Source: Mobula hypostoma (taxonomy: Eukaryota). Taken from it: DNA of 64,000 nucleotides. The notes under the pieces were generated by a model that was given only the letters and a program-made list of their open reading frames with translations, made no database searches and was not told the origin of the DNA. The first letter of the stretch is position 1. The number at the start of each line of letters is the position of its first letter. Of this stretch, positions 13,430 to 25,424 are shown piece after piece. The stretch is taken from positions 23,498,001-23,562,000 of the forward strand of contig NC_086108.1 of assembly GCF_963921235.1 (NCBI RefSeq). Reading direction: 5' to 3'. The position numbers and the translations under genes are program-made.

Positions 13430-14085
13430 ATGAGGCAGGTGACTCCTACAGTCTTTCCGCTTTCCAGTCCTACTCTCAGACATTGGGCCTCCAGCTTCCA
13501 GTCTCTGGCCCAGATTTACAAACGTCAGGTGTCTAATCTCCAGACAAGCAGAACCAGAGGCTTTGACCTCTGGACTCACCAGGCTCTGGACTTTGACCCT
13601 TGGCTGTGCCGTCCAGACTTCACCTACCTCCAGCTATTGACTCCAAGATATTCCAGTCATGGGTTTGACCATAGGGCCTCAATCCCAGGACTCGCTGATC
13701 ATGGATTTGACCTTCAGGGCCTCGACTTTCAGACTCGCATGGACTTCCAACCCCGATGACCTGAAGGGGTCACAGGTCCTTATGATTCTCACTCGTACGG
13801 ACCTCCGTTCTGGTACCTGGGGTCCTGGGAATGGCCAACCCAGGGACTGCTGGTTTCCTCAGCACTTGGAGGCTCGACCCCCAGCATCGCTGATCTTCAG
13901 CAATAGATTCCAAACATCTGAACACCGGCTCCTTCCCTGACTCTTCATTTACTGTCCCGACCTCCAACACTCCCTCATCACTGTCCCTCAACTCTAACCT
14001 AACCCCTACTGTTCCCAAAATCATCGCTATGAACCTTTAAAACAACTAAGTCAGAGTCACAACATCAATGGACAATCTTCCAACC
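13430..14085 (-). mobile_element. Degenerate copy of the 5' portion of the non-autonomous element at 24692-25424
   Basis: Shares ctgtccct...cccaaaatcatc.ctaYgaacct..aaaacaa.taagtc with 25318-25390 and has loosely repeated ggactttgacc-like units. Confidence 0.55.
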
Positions 14086-14914
14086 ACCAAGGCAAATTAT
14101 TCCTAACTGTTGTTTGTTGGTCCACATCATGGATTTCAAGATAAGAACAGTTCCCTTTGCAAGAACAATGAGGTTGGACAACTAACGGAGGTCTTACCAC
14201 AGCACCCAAGTTCTGAGGATAACTATAAAATCAGTATACCCGCAGAGTTCTTGAATAATACTGGCAGATCGTCAGAGGTTTAGTTTCTTAACCATTCCCC
14301 AAGTGAGGAAGTAGAAAGTACAGCTAAAATATTACAAGCTTGTGAAATGAGGGGACACTTCAAACTTTGTGTAATAAATGTTTCTGACTTTTCAGATACT
14401 GTTTCTTACCCTGCAGTTTTAAACCCCTTTTCATTTTTCAAAAGTTGTGCCAGATAACTTTGGTTGAATTAGAATGTTTTACTTAGTTTTTTTTTAAATG
14501 CTGGCTTACAATTTATTGTAAATAGGAGTCTGGAGAGTAGTATTGAGAGGCAAGTGGCATGTGTTATGTTCCACATTGGTAATACAAAAGTGACCTTAGT
14601 GAATGAGTAGCTAATTCTAATCTTCAGTGATTTCCATCAATGATTTCTAGCCTTTTTCATAATTATTCTAAATACTGAAAGTAAAATATTAGCTTGCTCT
14701 CATTTTTCATCCACTGCTAGTTTCTTTCTGAGATGTGCAGCTTAATTCATGCCCTTGCAGTGATCAACATCGTCTCTTCCAGTGTTTACAAACATGAGAT
14801 TCCAGACTGTACAGAATGCACTTTCAGTGTAACGTCACGAGGTTTGTTGTGCTGTCCAGTTTTTTTGTTATCTTTCCCTTCACTGCATTGATACAGAGTT
14901 TTGAACCCCATGTC

Positions 14915-15400
14915 CACTTCACCACCAAGATGATCTGTTTTCAACTCCTGCATCATTGCCTGTCTCTGGCTCTTCCTCTGTCCATCTTCTACTGAAGCTC
15001 TCCTGATTGCCTATTGTCACCAGTCTCAACTGCTCCGACGCTATCCTGGCCAACTTGCCATCTATTCTCTGAAAATTCAAACTAATAGAAAATGGATGTT
15101 CATTATCCCAGCTGGCACCAAGGACTATTCACCAGTAGTCTCTTTCCTGCTGATCCACATTTGCTTACTGTCTAATAAATGCCTTGATTTTTAAAATTTC
15201 AACCTTGTTTCAATCCTTCTGTGGCTTCTCTCAGTGACCTACAGTACAGTCTTGATTTTTTTCCAATTCTATCATGATCTCACTGTTGACAGTGTTCAAT
15301 CAGCTGTAGAGTCTCATCCTTAATTCCTTCTTACTTATCTATTGATAAGATACACAATCTGCAGCTTTGAACAACTTCCTCTCACGCTTCTTAATATTTC
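14915..15400 (+). mobile_element. Ancient L2-type LINE 3' remnant
   Basis: Decayed match to the L2 ORF2 C-terminus (H/QLRNIARLRPFLS..AE.LI.A.VTSRLD.CNA.LA.LP) in tttcaactcctgcatcattgcctgtctctggctcttcctc...ctatcctggccaacttgcca. Confidence 0.5.
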
Positions 15401-15403
15401 TTT

Positions 15404-15775
15404 CATCATCATCATCATGTGCTGTATCGTATGAGTAGGTGATCATGGTCTCATGACCGTGATTGTTCTTGATAAATGTTTCTCAGAGCTGGTTTGCCTT
15501 TGCCTTCTTCTGGGCAGTGTCTTTATAAGATGGGTGACCCCAGCCATTATTAGTACTCTTAGAGATTACATGGCATCAGTGGTCGCATAACCAGGACTTA
15601 TGATATGCAAACAGCTGTTCATATGACCATCCACCACCTGCTCCCAACTCTTCATGTGACTCTGATCGGGTGGGGGGGGAGGGGATGTCGGTGCTACACC
15701 TTGCCCTTGGGTGACCAGTCAGCTAACGGAGGGACGGAGCGCCTTACACTTCCTTTGGTGGAGACACATCACCAC
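15404..15775 (-). mobile_element. RTE-related non-autonomous retroelement or SINE, copy 1
   Basis: Minus strand contains GAAGAAGGCAAAGGCAAACCA (BovB/Sauria-SINE-type motif) and ends in (GAT)n; colinear with 18762-19145. Confidence 0.65.
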
Positions 15776-16654
15776 TATGCCTCCCATTTATTTGGCTTAA
15801 TGTTAGATTTTCTCCAATTATTCTTCTCTTGCATGCCTAATGGTGTTTAAAGGCAGGATGTGAAAGCAGTTACTGGTGACCCATGAACTTGTGTGGCTAG
15901 TGATGTGCAGCTTACTGCATAGAACAGTCTAATTTGTTCAGCCAATGTTGCCCCATGTGTAACACAGAAAGACAGAGAGATTGGAACATTGTTAGCACAT
16001 TGTATCTACATGCAGATACAAATTCTAACCACGTTTTAGCAGAAAATCTAGTGCAAGTCTGTTCTGCAGCTAAAGAGATTCAGTGTACAAGAAACATGGA
16101 GCAGGGGGAACACCAGGAGGATGAAAGGTTTCTCTTTTAATGTTAACCTTTGGAACTGATCAGCAGAACAAGATTTAAATTAAAATTGTGGCATTGGGAC
16201 CAAATCCAAGTCTTTGAAGTTTACAACAAAGTATTCTGTTATCCACGGTATCTGGAGACATTTATTTGGTGCAGTAATGTTACAACCACACCTCAACAGA
16301 TCAGCAAAACAGTGTCAATGCGTTTTTAAATATGGAGAGGAATCTAAGTCCAAAGTCTTTGAGCAAAAGTCATAACTGCAGCAGCAGGAACTGATTAAAA
16401 CACCAGAATTAAAAGAAAAATAACTGAAAAGAGAGAAAGAATTTGTATTTGTGGCAAAGCTAAGTGTTTAGAAGGAAGTAGCAAAGGTGAGCTGTGTACT
16501 TTTTGTGTGAGTTCCTTTCTACAAAACAACTTGAAAGTCACCTTGGTAGATGAGCTGAATGTCTGCTATTTTACTGAAAAGCAAAACCTCCAGATTCAGG
16601 AAGCCTGAAATAAAACAGAACACGCTGGGTGTACTCAACTAGCCAGATGGCATC

Positions 16655-17240
16655 TGCACTTCCACACTGGTATGGAAACACCAATGCCCTTGAACGGAAA
16701 ATTTTGCAAGAAGTAGTAAATATAGCCTGGTCCTTCACCGGTAAAGCTCTCCCCACCACTGTACATCTACATAGAGTGTTGTCGCAGGAGAGCATCATTC
16801 ATCATCGGCGACCCCCACCACCCAGGTCATGCTCTCTTCTCACTGCTGCCATCAAGAAGAAGGTACAGGAGACTCGGGACTCACACCACCAGTTTCAGGA
16901 AGAGTTATTACCCTCACCCATCAGAACCAGAGGAGATAACTTCACTAGCCCCATCATTGAACTGTTCCCACAACCAATGAACTCACTTTCAAGGACTATT
17001 CATCTCATATTCTCTGTATTTATTAATAATTTATTTAATATTATTATTATTATTATTATTCCTCTTATTCTTTCTTTTTGTATTTGAACAGTTTGATGTG
17101 TTTTGCACACTGTTTGGCATAGTCTTTCATTGATTCTATTATGGTTATTGAATTTATTGCGTATGCCTGCAAGAAAATGAATCTCTGGATTGTATATGAT
17201 GATATAAATGTACTTTGATAGTGAATTTACTTTGAATTTG
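16655..17240 (+). mobile_element. Rex1/Babar LINE 3' fragment
   Basis: WYGNTNALERKILQEVV...SII..P.HPGHALFSLLPS.RRY; 3'UTR ending tactttgatagtgaatttactttgaa. Confidence 0.8.
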
Positions 17241-17582
17241 AAAAGGTTTATGCAAAATCAGTTGAATTTCTATTCCAAAAGGCCCATTATGGAAGTGAGT
17301 TGGGAGTGATTGGTTTACTTGCGAACACGACGGGGAAAACTCAAATTGTTCCTTCAGGAAGGCTGTTAATCTGACTCGAGAACAAGTAGTGACTTTATCT
17401 GTTTCTCCTTGACCTGCAAGTAGTTGTGAAGAATAGGTGGCCAAAATTTTGGACGACTTATTGAGCTGTGGGCATTTCTTCGTTGAGTACCACCACAATC
17501 TGTACAAGCAGAGATCCTGCACTTGTTAGAGGATTATGGCAAATGTTTCCGCAGCTATGTTCATGGGGACCAGTTGAGCTAG

Positions 17583-18100
17583 AATTTCAAATTTCATAAT
17601 AAATTTATCATCAAAGTACGCATATGTCACCATATAACTTTAGGTTCATTTTCTTGCATCACTTACAGGAAAATAAAGAAATATAGAAGTTATGAAACAC
17701 TGTACATAAACAAAGACTGATTTAAAAGAAAACAAATATGAAAAGGAAGACAAATTGTGCAAATAATATCAAAAGTAAATAAGTAATTCTGAGAACATGA
17801 GTTGTAGAGTACTTGAAAGTGAGTCTATAGGTTGTGGAGTCAATTCAACATTGTGCTGAGTGAAGTTATCCACTCTGGTTTAACAGCCTGATGGCTGTAA
17901 GGTAATAACTGTTCCTGAACCTGGTGGTGTGGGACGTAAAGCTCCTGTATCTCCAGCCTGATGGTGTAGTGAGAGGAAAGCATGATCTGGATGGTGGGGG
18001 GTCCTTGATGATGGAAGCTGCTTTTTTATCCACAAGCATCCTTGCAGATGTGCCCTGTTGTTGAACCGTTTTGCTGGATAGTTTGCCCACTGAATCTGAG
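17583..18100 (-). mobile_element. Rex1/Babar LINE 3' fragment
   Basis: KKAASIIKDP..PSGWRYRS..SHTTRFRNSYY.TAIRLLN in ORF 17866-18234. Confidence 0.8.
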
Positions 18101-18761
18101 CAGATTTGACCTGCCACAGGAGCAGTAAGCCCATTCCTTTGAATGGAGAAGAAAGGCTGCTGTGGACCCGAGCAAGTACAAGTTGATTTATATTTTGTTG
18201 AATTGATTTTCATTAACGTTTTTAATTGTTTCACACTTTTTCCCTAAGTTTTTAGATTTTTCTTTTCAATTTGCTTTTCAATTATTTTTAATTGTCTTTG
18301 AGCGTTTCCGATCGTCAGGATGATCAGAAATATTCGGTCATTGATGGATTTGACAGTGGGCGTAAAGTAAAACTGACAGCTGCTCACAAAATAAGACAGA
18401 CTTAAACGTGTCTAAGCTGACAGTTCAGTTTAGATTCTAGACTGAGGCACTATCAGGGGTGCCGCCTTGTGAATGAGAGGAACTACCAATGATCATGTTT
18501 AAAACTTGTGTCAATTACAGCCATTTCTGTCAGAAAATAACCTGAAAAGGATGTCAGGTTATAAACAGTCTCTTGTTAATGGCACTGATTGAAGTACTGT
18601 ACATTTTGTACAAAACTGTATATGATAATTCACACTTATGGCTACTTGTTGCTGGTAGAGAGTTACTGCTTTATCCCATCATCAATGTTTGCTACTGTAA
18701 TGAATATGAATTCATTTCTAATTGTACCTTGACAAAATGCTTCTCATTTATTTGTATTGCA

Positions 18762-19145
18762 TTTCATTCATTATGTGCCATGATGTTCGATGTAAACCAT
18801 CGTGGTCTTTTAAATACCATAATTGTTCTTGGCAAATTTTTCTACAGAAGTGGTTTGCCATTGCCTTCTTCTGGGCAGTGTCTTTACAAGATGGGTGACC
18901 CCAACCATTATCAATACTCTTCAGAGATTGTCTGCCTGGCGCCAGTGATTGCATAACCAGGACTTGAGATATGCACCAGCTGCCCATACGACCATCCACC
19001 ACCACCTGTTTCCATGGCTTCACGTGACCCTGAACGAGATGGCTAAGCAGATGTTACACCTTTCCCAAGGGTGACCTGCAGGCTTGCAAAGGGAAGGAGC
19101 ACTATACACCTCCTTTGGTAGAGACCTATCTCCATCCTGCCACTC
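18762..19145 (-). mobile_element. RTE-related non-autonomous retroelement or SINE, copy 2
   Basis: Minus strand CCCAGAAGAAGGCAATGGCAAACCAC; colinear with 15404-15775. Confidence 0.65.
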
Positions 19146-19367
19146 TACAATAGGGATACCTTTCTTAAAAAAAAGTGAATTGACTGCTGAGCTGTAGACG
19201 GGCAAGTAAGAGTTAAATGTTCAGGGTTGCAGGTGGATTAGTCTTGGCAATGATAGATGATTTCCGTTCAAAAGGTCTTTGGGAACCAGGAGGGATTTAA
19301 AGTAAGTCTGGTAGTTCCCTACTAGTGTGGTGGTATTTTAGTCGCTGTGTGGCTAAATAGACATATC

Positions 19368-19900
19368 CATTCAGTGGCCACTTTATTAGGTACAGGAGGT
19401 ACTTAATAAAGTAGCCACTGAGTGTATTTCTGAAGGTTCATACTGTAGCCCAACCACTTCAAGGTTTGTCATGTTGTACATTCAGAGATATTCTTCTGCA
19501 CACTACTGTTGTAACACGTGGTTATTTTTGCTACTGTTGCTTTCCTGTCAGCTTGAATCAGTCTGGCCATTTTCCTCTGACCTCACTCATTAACAAGATA
19601 GTTTGGTCCACAGAACTGCCACACATTGCATGTTTTTTCATTTTTTTGCACCATTCTCTGTAAACTCTAGACACTGTTGTGGGTGAAAGCCCGAGGAGTG
19701 TCAGTGATATTCAAACCACCAATCATTCCACAGTCGAAGTTCTTAGATTGCATTTCTTCCCTATTCTGATGTTGGGTGTGAACAACTGAACCTCTTGATG
19801 ATGTCTATATCCTTTTATGTATTGAGTAGCGGCCACATGATCGGATAATAAGATATTTGCATTAACCATCAGGTGTACCTAATAAAGTTGCCATTGACTG
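19368..19900. mobile_element. Tc1/mariner-derived non-autonomous element
   Basis: TIRs cattcagtggccactttattaggtaca and tgtacctaataaagttgccattgactg, followed by TA at 19901-19902. An extra right-hand TIR lies at about 19398-19424. Confidence 0.8.
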
Positions 19901-21169
19901 TAAGGTGCCATGGAGTTTTGCAAACATTTAAATTAATGCTTATGTGTATTTTTTTAACTTAAAGTTCCAGGTATAAACAGGTTATACAATCCTCAGTTAG
20001 AAATTAGAAATCATTGGCTCAAGCTGACAGAGAAACTACTGAGAAAGCAGCAAGCATTTGTAGTAGTAGTGTTAGGTTAGTATTCTCAATAGTGCAGGTT
20101 TTAAATGTGTTCTGGACTTAAGCAACTTGCTGTTTCATATATGTCTCCCTTTGGGGGGAAAACGGGACTAAAAATTCATCTGCACCATTTTTTCGGCATT
20201 AAAATAATGTTACGTGTCTTTATAAAGAGTTATAAAATGGTCATCATTTAATACAGTAGTGTTCAGAAACAGAACACATTAATGAAAAACTTTAGATCAT
20301 TTCCTCAAAGTTGCCTGCACTTAACCACATGGTGGCTAAGTCTTTATTAAAGGTATATGTGCATCACAATGCCAGCATCTTTCTATCTACTGGAAGCCAT
20401 TATTCACCTGAATTACTTTTTTTCTGAGGACAGGGACCTCCTGTAGTCAAGGGAAGCAAGTGACGTGTGATGGTGTGGAAGATGTCTGAAGGTACAGATA
20501 GATGGATCCACACAAAGCATAATGTTGCACAGCTCCAATGTTAACTTCACAGAGAACTTAAGGGAACCTTAAATGAAAAGTCATAATTAAGTCAGACCAT
20601 CTAATTCTTTCTGCCTGCTCTGTTATTCAATTAGGTCATCCTTGACTTTCTACCTCAGGACCATTTTCCAGCATTATGCTCAAATCCTCTAAATTCCTTA
20701 GTATCTAAAAATCTATTTACCTGTGTCAGGATTATGCTCAGCTATTTGGCCTCCATAAATCTCTAGGGTGGAGAATTCCTGGATAAGAAATTTCTCCTCA
20801 TTCTCTGTCCTGAATAGCCAACCTTTTATTTTGAGAGCTCCGGTTCTGGATGCCTAGGCTGAGAGAAATATCATTCTTGCATCTATATGGAGATACAGCA
20901 TGGAAGCAGATTCTTCAGTCCACTGTCCGCAAGTCACCCATTTTTACAGCCCTAACCTATTTGTTTTTCTCTCCACATTCCCATCAAGTCCACACCAATG
21001 GAGACATACAACTGTACAACATACAACAGGCCCTTCATCCCACCACAACCATGTAGCTATTAACAATAATCCCATTTACCTGCACTAAGTCCATACCTAT
21101 CAAAGCCTGAGTGATTCAAGTACTAGTGTAGATACCTCTTAAATATCATAAACCCCTTCCCTCACCCGT

Positions 21170-21395
21170 CCTGATTCTACTACTCTTAAACACCAGGGAA
21201 AATTTAGTTGTAAATAATTAACCTGCCAAGCCCCACAACTTTGTAATGTGTGAGGAAACTGGAACACCCATGGTAAACCCATTTAGTCACAGGAAGCATG
21301 CCAACTCCATACAGACAGTGCCTAAGGTCAGGATTGAATCTGGGTCACTGGAACAGTGAGGTAGCAGCTCTGCCAGCTGGATCACTACACCATTA
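21170..21395 (-). mobile_element. tRNA-headed V-SINE-like element
   Basis: gaggaaactggaacacccatggtaaaccca..gtcacagg central domain, plus a tRNA-like head (caggattgaatctgggtcactggaacagtgaggtagcagctct). Confidence 0.65.
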
Positions 21396-22453
21396 CCCTT
21401 TCAATTCCTGTGGGGGAAAAAATATTTCAATAAGATCTTTCTTTCTATATGAAGTTTTAGGCATAGTTGTGTAATCTCTCCCCATGGAGTAACAGAACAT
21501 CCTCAGAAATCAAAATGTGGTCTTTATTTCTGTGTAAGGCCCTATTGTAATGTCTGGCTAAGGTTGAACACTGAATTGGAAGCTCCAGCCTACCGATAAT
21601 TGTAAAGCATGTCTGCATTCATTTTCAGCTGACTTTTTGAAAGTTATTTCTCGTTATGACATGGCTGTATTCCATTGTCTGACACCAGAAGTGGGTGCAA
21701 AATGGTTTAAATTTGCATTAGTGTGATCTTGTTTTCCAAGCAATGCCACCTTTTTGACATTTTGTGAATGATACCTTGCTTTACTGGCCAATATTCCTCC
21801 CTCAACAATTACTATCCAGAAGAATTAGTTGGATTCCTAACACCAGGCATTGCATGGTTCCTTCCCAAGAAAGACAAATGTAAATTTTGAAAGATATGAA
21901 TCTTACTTTTCCCACTCTTATGTTCAAATAAGGTAAACATCAACTCTTAATGGCCTCTGACTGCTTTATTGCATCAGTTGTGTGATATAACCTGATGCCT
22001 GTTGTATGAAAGTGCACACTGCCTTTCATACAACAGTTATGTGAGACCAGTTGAGCTTTATTTTATCCACCTCTCCACTGTGACGCTGATATCTCCATTA
22101 CAGGCCTCTTGCTTTGTACCTGAGCCTGTGGACAAAGAGAGTGAGCTAATATTTCAATCACCCCTACTATGCATTCACAAACCATTTTTCAAATTCTTGT
22201 GTCTAATGATTTTCAATGTCTTAAATATTGTAAATACTATGTAACATCCATTATTATTTGAAGAACAGGTTGACTCATCATGCAGAAAGAATGTAATACT
22301 TAACCAACTGACTTGCTAGCAATAAAGAGAAAATGTTGAAAAATATTTACCCATACATTAGTTTGGACAGAGCATTATTGGGAATGTCAGCATTTATCAC
22401 CCATCCCTAATTGCTCTTGGGATACTGAGTCCCTTTCTTTAACAGCTGCAGTA

Positions 22454-23111
22454 GGCAAATGGAATGTTGGCCTTCATTGCTAGAGGGATTGAATTTAAGA
22501 GCAGGGAGGTTATGCTGCAACTGTACAGGGTACTGGTGAGGCCATACCTGGAGTACTGTGTGCAGTTCTGGTCTCCTTACTTGAAGAAGGATATACTAGC
22601 TATGAAGGCAGTGCAGAGGAGATTCATCAGGTTGATTCCAGAGATGAAGGGGTTAGACTATGAAGAAAGATTGAGATGCTTGGGACTGTACTCGCTGGAA
22701 TTCAGAAGAATGAGAGGAGATCTTATAGAAATGTATCAATTTATGAAAGGGATAGATAAGATAGAGGCAGGAAAGTTGTTTCCACTGGTAGGTGTGACTA
22801 GAACTAAGGGACTTAGCCTCAAAATTCAGGGGAGTAGATTTAGGACTGAGATGAGGAGGAACTGCTTTTCCCAGGGAGTGGAGAATCTATGGAATTCTCA
22901 GCCTAATGAAGCGGTGGAGGCTACCTCAGTAAATATATTTAAGGCAAGCTTGGATAGATTTTTGCATGGTTGGGGAATTAAAGGTTATGAGAAAAAGGCA
23001 GGGTGGTGAAGATGAGTCCATGGCCAGACCAGCCATGATGAATAGAATGGCGGAGCAGGCTCAATGGGCTAGATGGCCTACTGTTGCTCCTATTTCTTAA
23101 GCTCTTATGTT
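22454..23111 (+). mobile_element. CR1 LINE 3' fragment inserted in an older antisense CR1 remnant
   Basis: ORF 22464-23009 (LVRPYLEYCVQFWSP..LGLYSLEFRRMRGDLIE); CAGTA is duplicated at 22449-22453 and 23112-23116. Confidence 0.93.
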
Positions 23112-23784
23112 CAGTACCCTAAAGATCACATTCAACAGTGCTTTTATGGAGAGAGTTCCAGGTTTCAAATCCAGCAATGACATAGGGTTGGTAATATCCA
23201 GTATTTCTAAAAGAGGACTTTGTTCACCCTGATGGAAACCTGTTGATGATGATATTCCCCATGTGTCTGAAATGCTTGTCTTTGTTGGTGGTTGACGTGG
23301 CTTAACCTGTGGTGGAGCTGCATAGCAACTCGTGCTGATGGGCAGCGAGCTCTACCAACCAGAGTATATTTTGTGCCCTTGCTATTTTCAGTTTTTCCAA
23401 GTGAAGGTACAGATTCATTACTTATGGGAAGAAGGTAGAGATGATAATCGGGTTGATTCCTTGCCTGCATTTGGCCTGATGCCCTAATCTTAAGTTAATG
23501 ATAGAACTGGCATCAATGAATTGTTAGTCCAACCCTCCGAGTTAGTCATTTGGCACTCAATTATAGCCCTACCATAATAACTATAAAAGGTGCCTTGATA
23601 GGTTGAGAGAGGTTTGAAGTTTATTCCATCTTTTGTGAAGAAGTTTCCTATTTTGTTTAGCCTCAATGAATGGTTTCAACTCCAATATGCTTATACTAAA
23701 TGGTTTTGGTTAGTATGGACACTTGATAACACATTGTGTCAAGTAAGTTTGACGGTACACTTGGGGTGAAATTCATCATTTGTT

Positions 23785-23898
23785 AAGAAACATAGAAAAT
23801 AGGTGCAGGAGTAGGCCATTCGGCCCTTCGAGCCTGCACCGCCATTCAGTATGATCATGGCTGATCATCCAACTCAGAACCCTGTATCAGCCTTCCCT
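23785..23898 (-). mobile_element. Short CR1 3'UTR fragment
   Basis: aagaaacatagaaaataggtgcaggagtaggccattcggcccttcgagcctgc, the CR1 3' stem-loop and tail, with CpGs retained. Confidence 0.8.
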
Positions 23899-24691
23899 CT
23901 AAAGGAACTTTATGTTTGGAAATTCAGGTCATTTGAGGTTCACAAAGCTGAACTTCAGAAGCTGTATTCAACCTACAAGGGCTTTAACATTTTACATTTG
24001 GCATTTATGCCCCTTTACTTTCATGAGCTAAAATTCCTGTAAGTATACCAAAGCTTTCTTATATTTTAGGTTCATTTAGATTAGCTTTATTCTAATCAAT
24101 ACTTAATCGCAGCATATCTTTTGGGGCTTTATTTTACCAACAGCTCCAGTACAAATGCAGGCTCTGCTTTTATCAGTGATTTACATCAAAAGTCTGGGAG
24201 ATGGGGAAGCTTCTGAAATACGTAAGCCACATTTTGTTGCATTGCTGGGTAAGATCTTGCGAATAGTGCAGGACAGGAACGTTGCTTGAAATTTAATCAC
24301 TTCAGTTTAATGGTGCTGAGAAGTGTGAGGAGGTACACTTTGGCAAAAAGAATGAAGTAGGAGTTGTGGGGATGTTATAAACAAAGGGGAATGTAGACAT
24401 AAAGAACACAATGTATAAATCTTTGCAAGTTGGAGGGCAGAACCTGGTTAATAAAGCATATGGGATCCCGGGCTTCAGAAATCATGATGCTAAGTAGAGG
24501 TTAAGTTGAATCTTCATAGAATTCCTAGTTTGACCACAACTGAAGTATTGCACCCAGTTTGATCATGCCCTTTAGGGTAGATGTGAAGGTCCTGAAAGGC
24601 AGCAGGGAAATTTACAAAAATACTTTCAGGAATGAACAATATCGGTTTGATGGGACTGCAGAAGTTGCAACTTTTCTTGGAGTAAGGAAAA

Positions 24692-24907
24692 TTAATCAGA
24701 TTTATTTATCACATGTAGATCAAAACATACCATGAAATGTCTCATTTGTGTTAACAACCAACTCCACCTAGGGATGTGCTGAGGACAATCTGCAAGTGTG
24801 GCCACACAATCCATCACCAATGTCGTATGCCCAAAATGCTCAGCGGAACGAAACAGATGCACCAACCAACAAAACAACAGCAGCAAAACAAGCCCCTTTC
24901 CTAATTT

Positions 24908-24945
<38 letters not shown>

Positions 24946-25424
24946 CCAGCACTCCAGGCTTTGGACATCGAACTTTGATCTTTGCTATCAACCCCCAGAT
25001 TGCCGATGGCAGGACCTAGGATTCTAGACTCGAATTCTGGGTGCACCGACTGACTGGCTCTTGCGCCTCCTGCTCACATGAACACCACATCATGAGCTTT
25101 TGAGTGCAGACTGGAGGCCTGGACTGCTGATGTCCTTTATCACCCATCCACATTGCTGGACCTCAGATGTGGAGTGGCGCCCTGGGCAGTGGATGTCCTT
25201 TGTCACCCTGTCATGTCACTAGACTTTGAACGTGGAGCAAGGAGCACAGGCCTGACCTCTAACTTCCCCACATCCCTGTCCCTAAACCCTAATCTGATCT
25301 CCAGCTTTCCAATATCACTGTCCCTAAACCCCTTTTTGTCCCAAAATCATCTCTACGAACCTGAAAAAAAAACAATTAAGTCTAAGCCATGTTCTCGGTG
25401 GAGACCACAGGGTGCGCCATCTTG
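24692..25424 (-). mobile_element. Non-autonomous LINE-derived element (5' end fused to a Rex1-type tail), nested in an old sense-strand CR1
   Basis: Minus strand starts CAAGATGGCG (25424-25415) and ends ..gtgataaataaatctgatt; no coding capacity. Flanks at about 24400-24690 and 25430-25500 are consecutive decayed CR1 motifs (LFSLE.RR | RGDLIEVYK). Confidence 0.65.
24909..24944 (+). repeat. (CA)18 microsatellite
   Basis: Uninterrupted CA run read directly from the sequence. Confidence 0.97.

Noticed and set aside
18296..18322. Minus-strand CTGACGA-tcg-GAAAC hammerhead-like core
   Set aside because: Only 3 nt are available for stem II and there is no suitable stem I or cleavage triplet.
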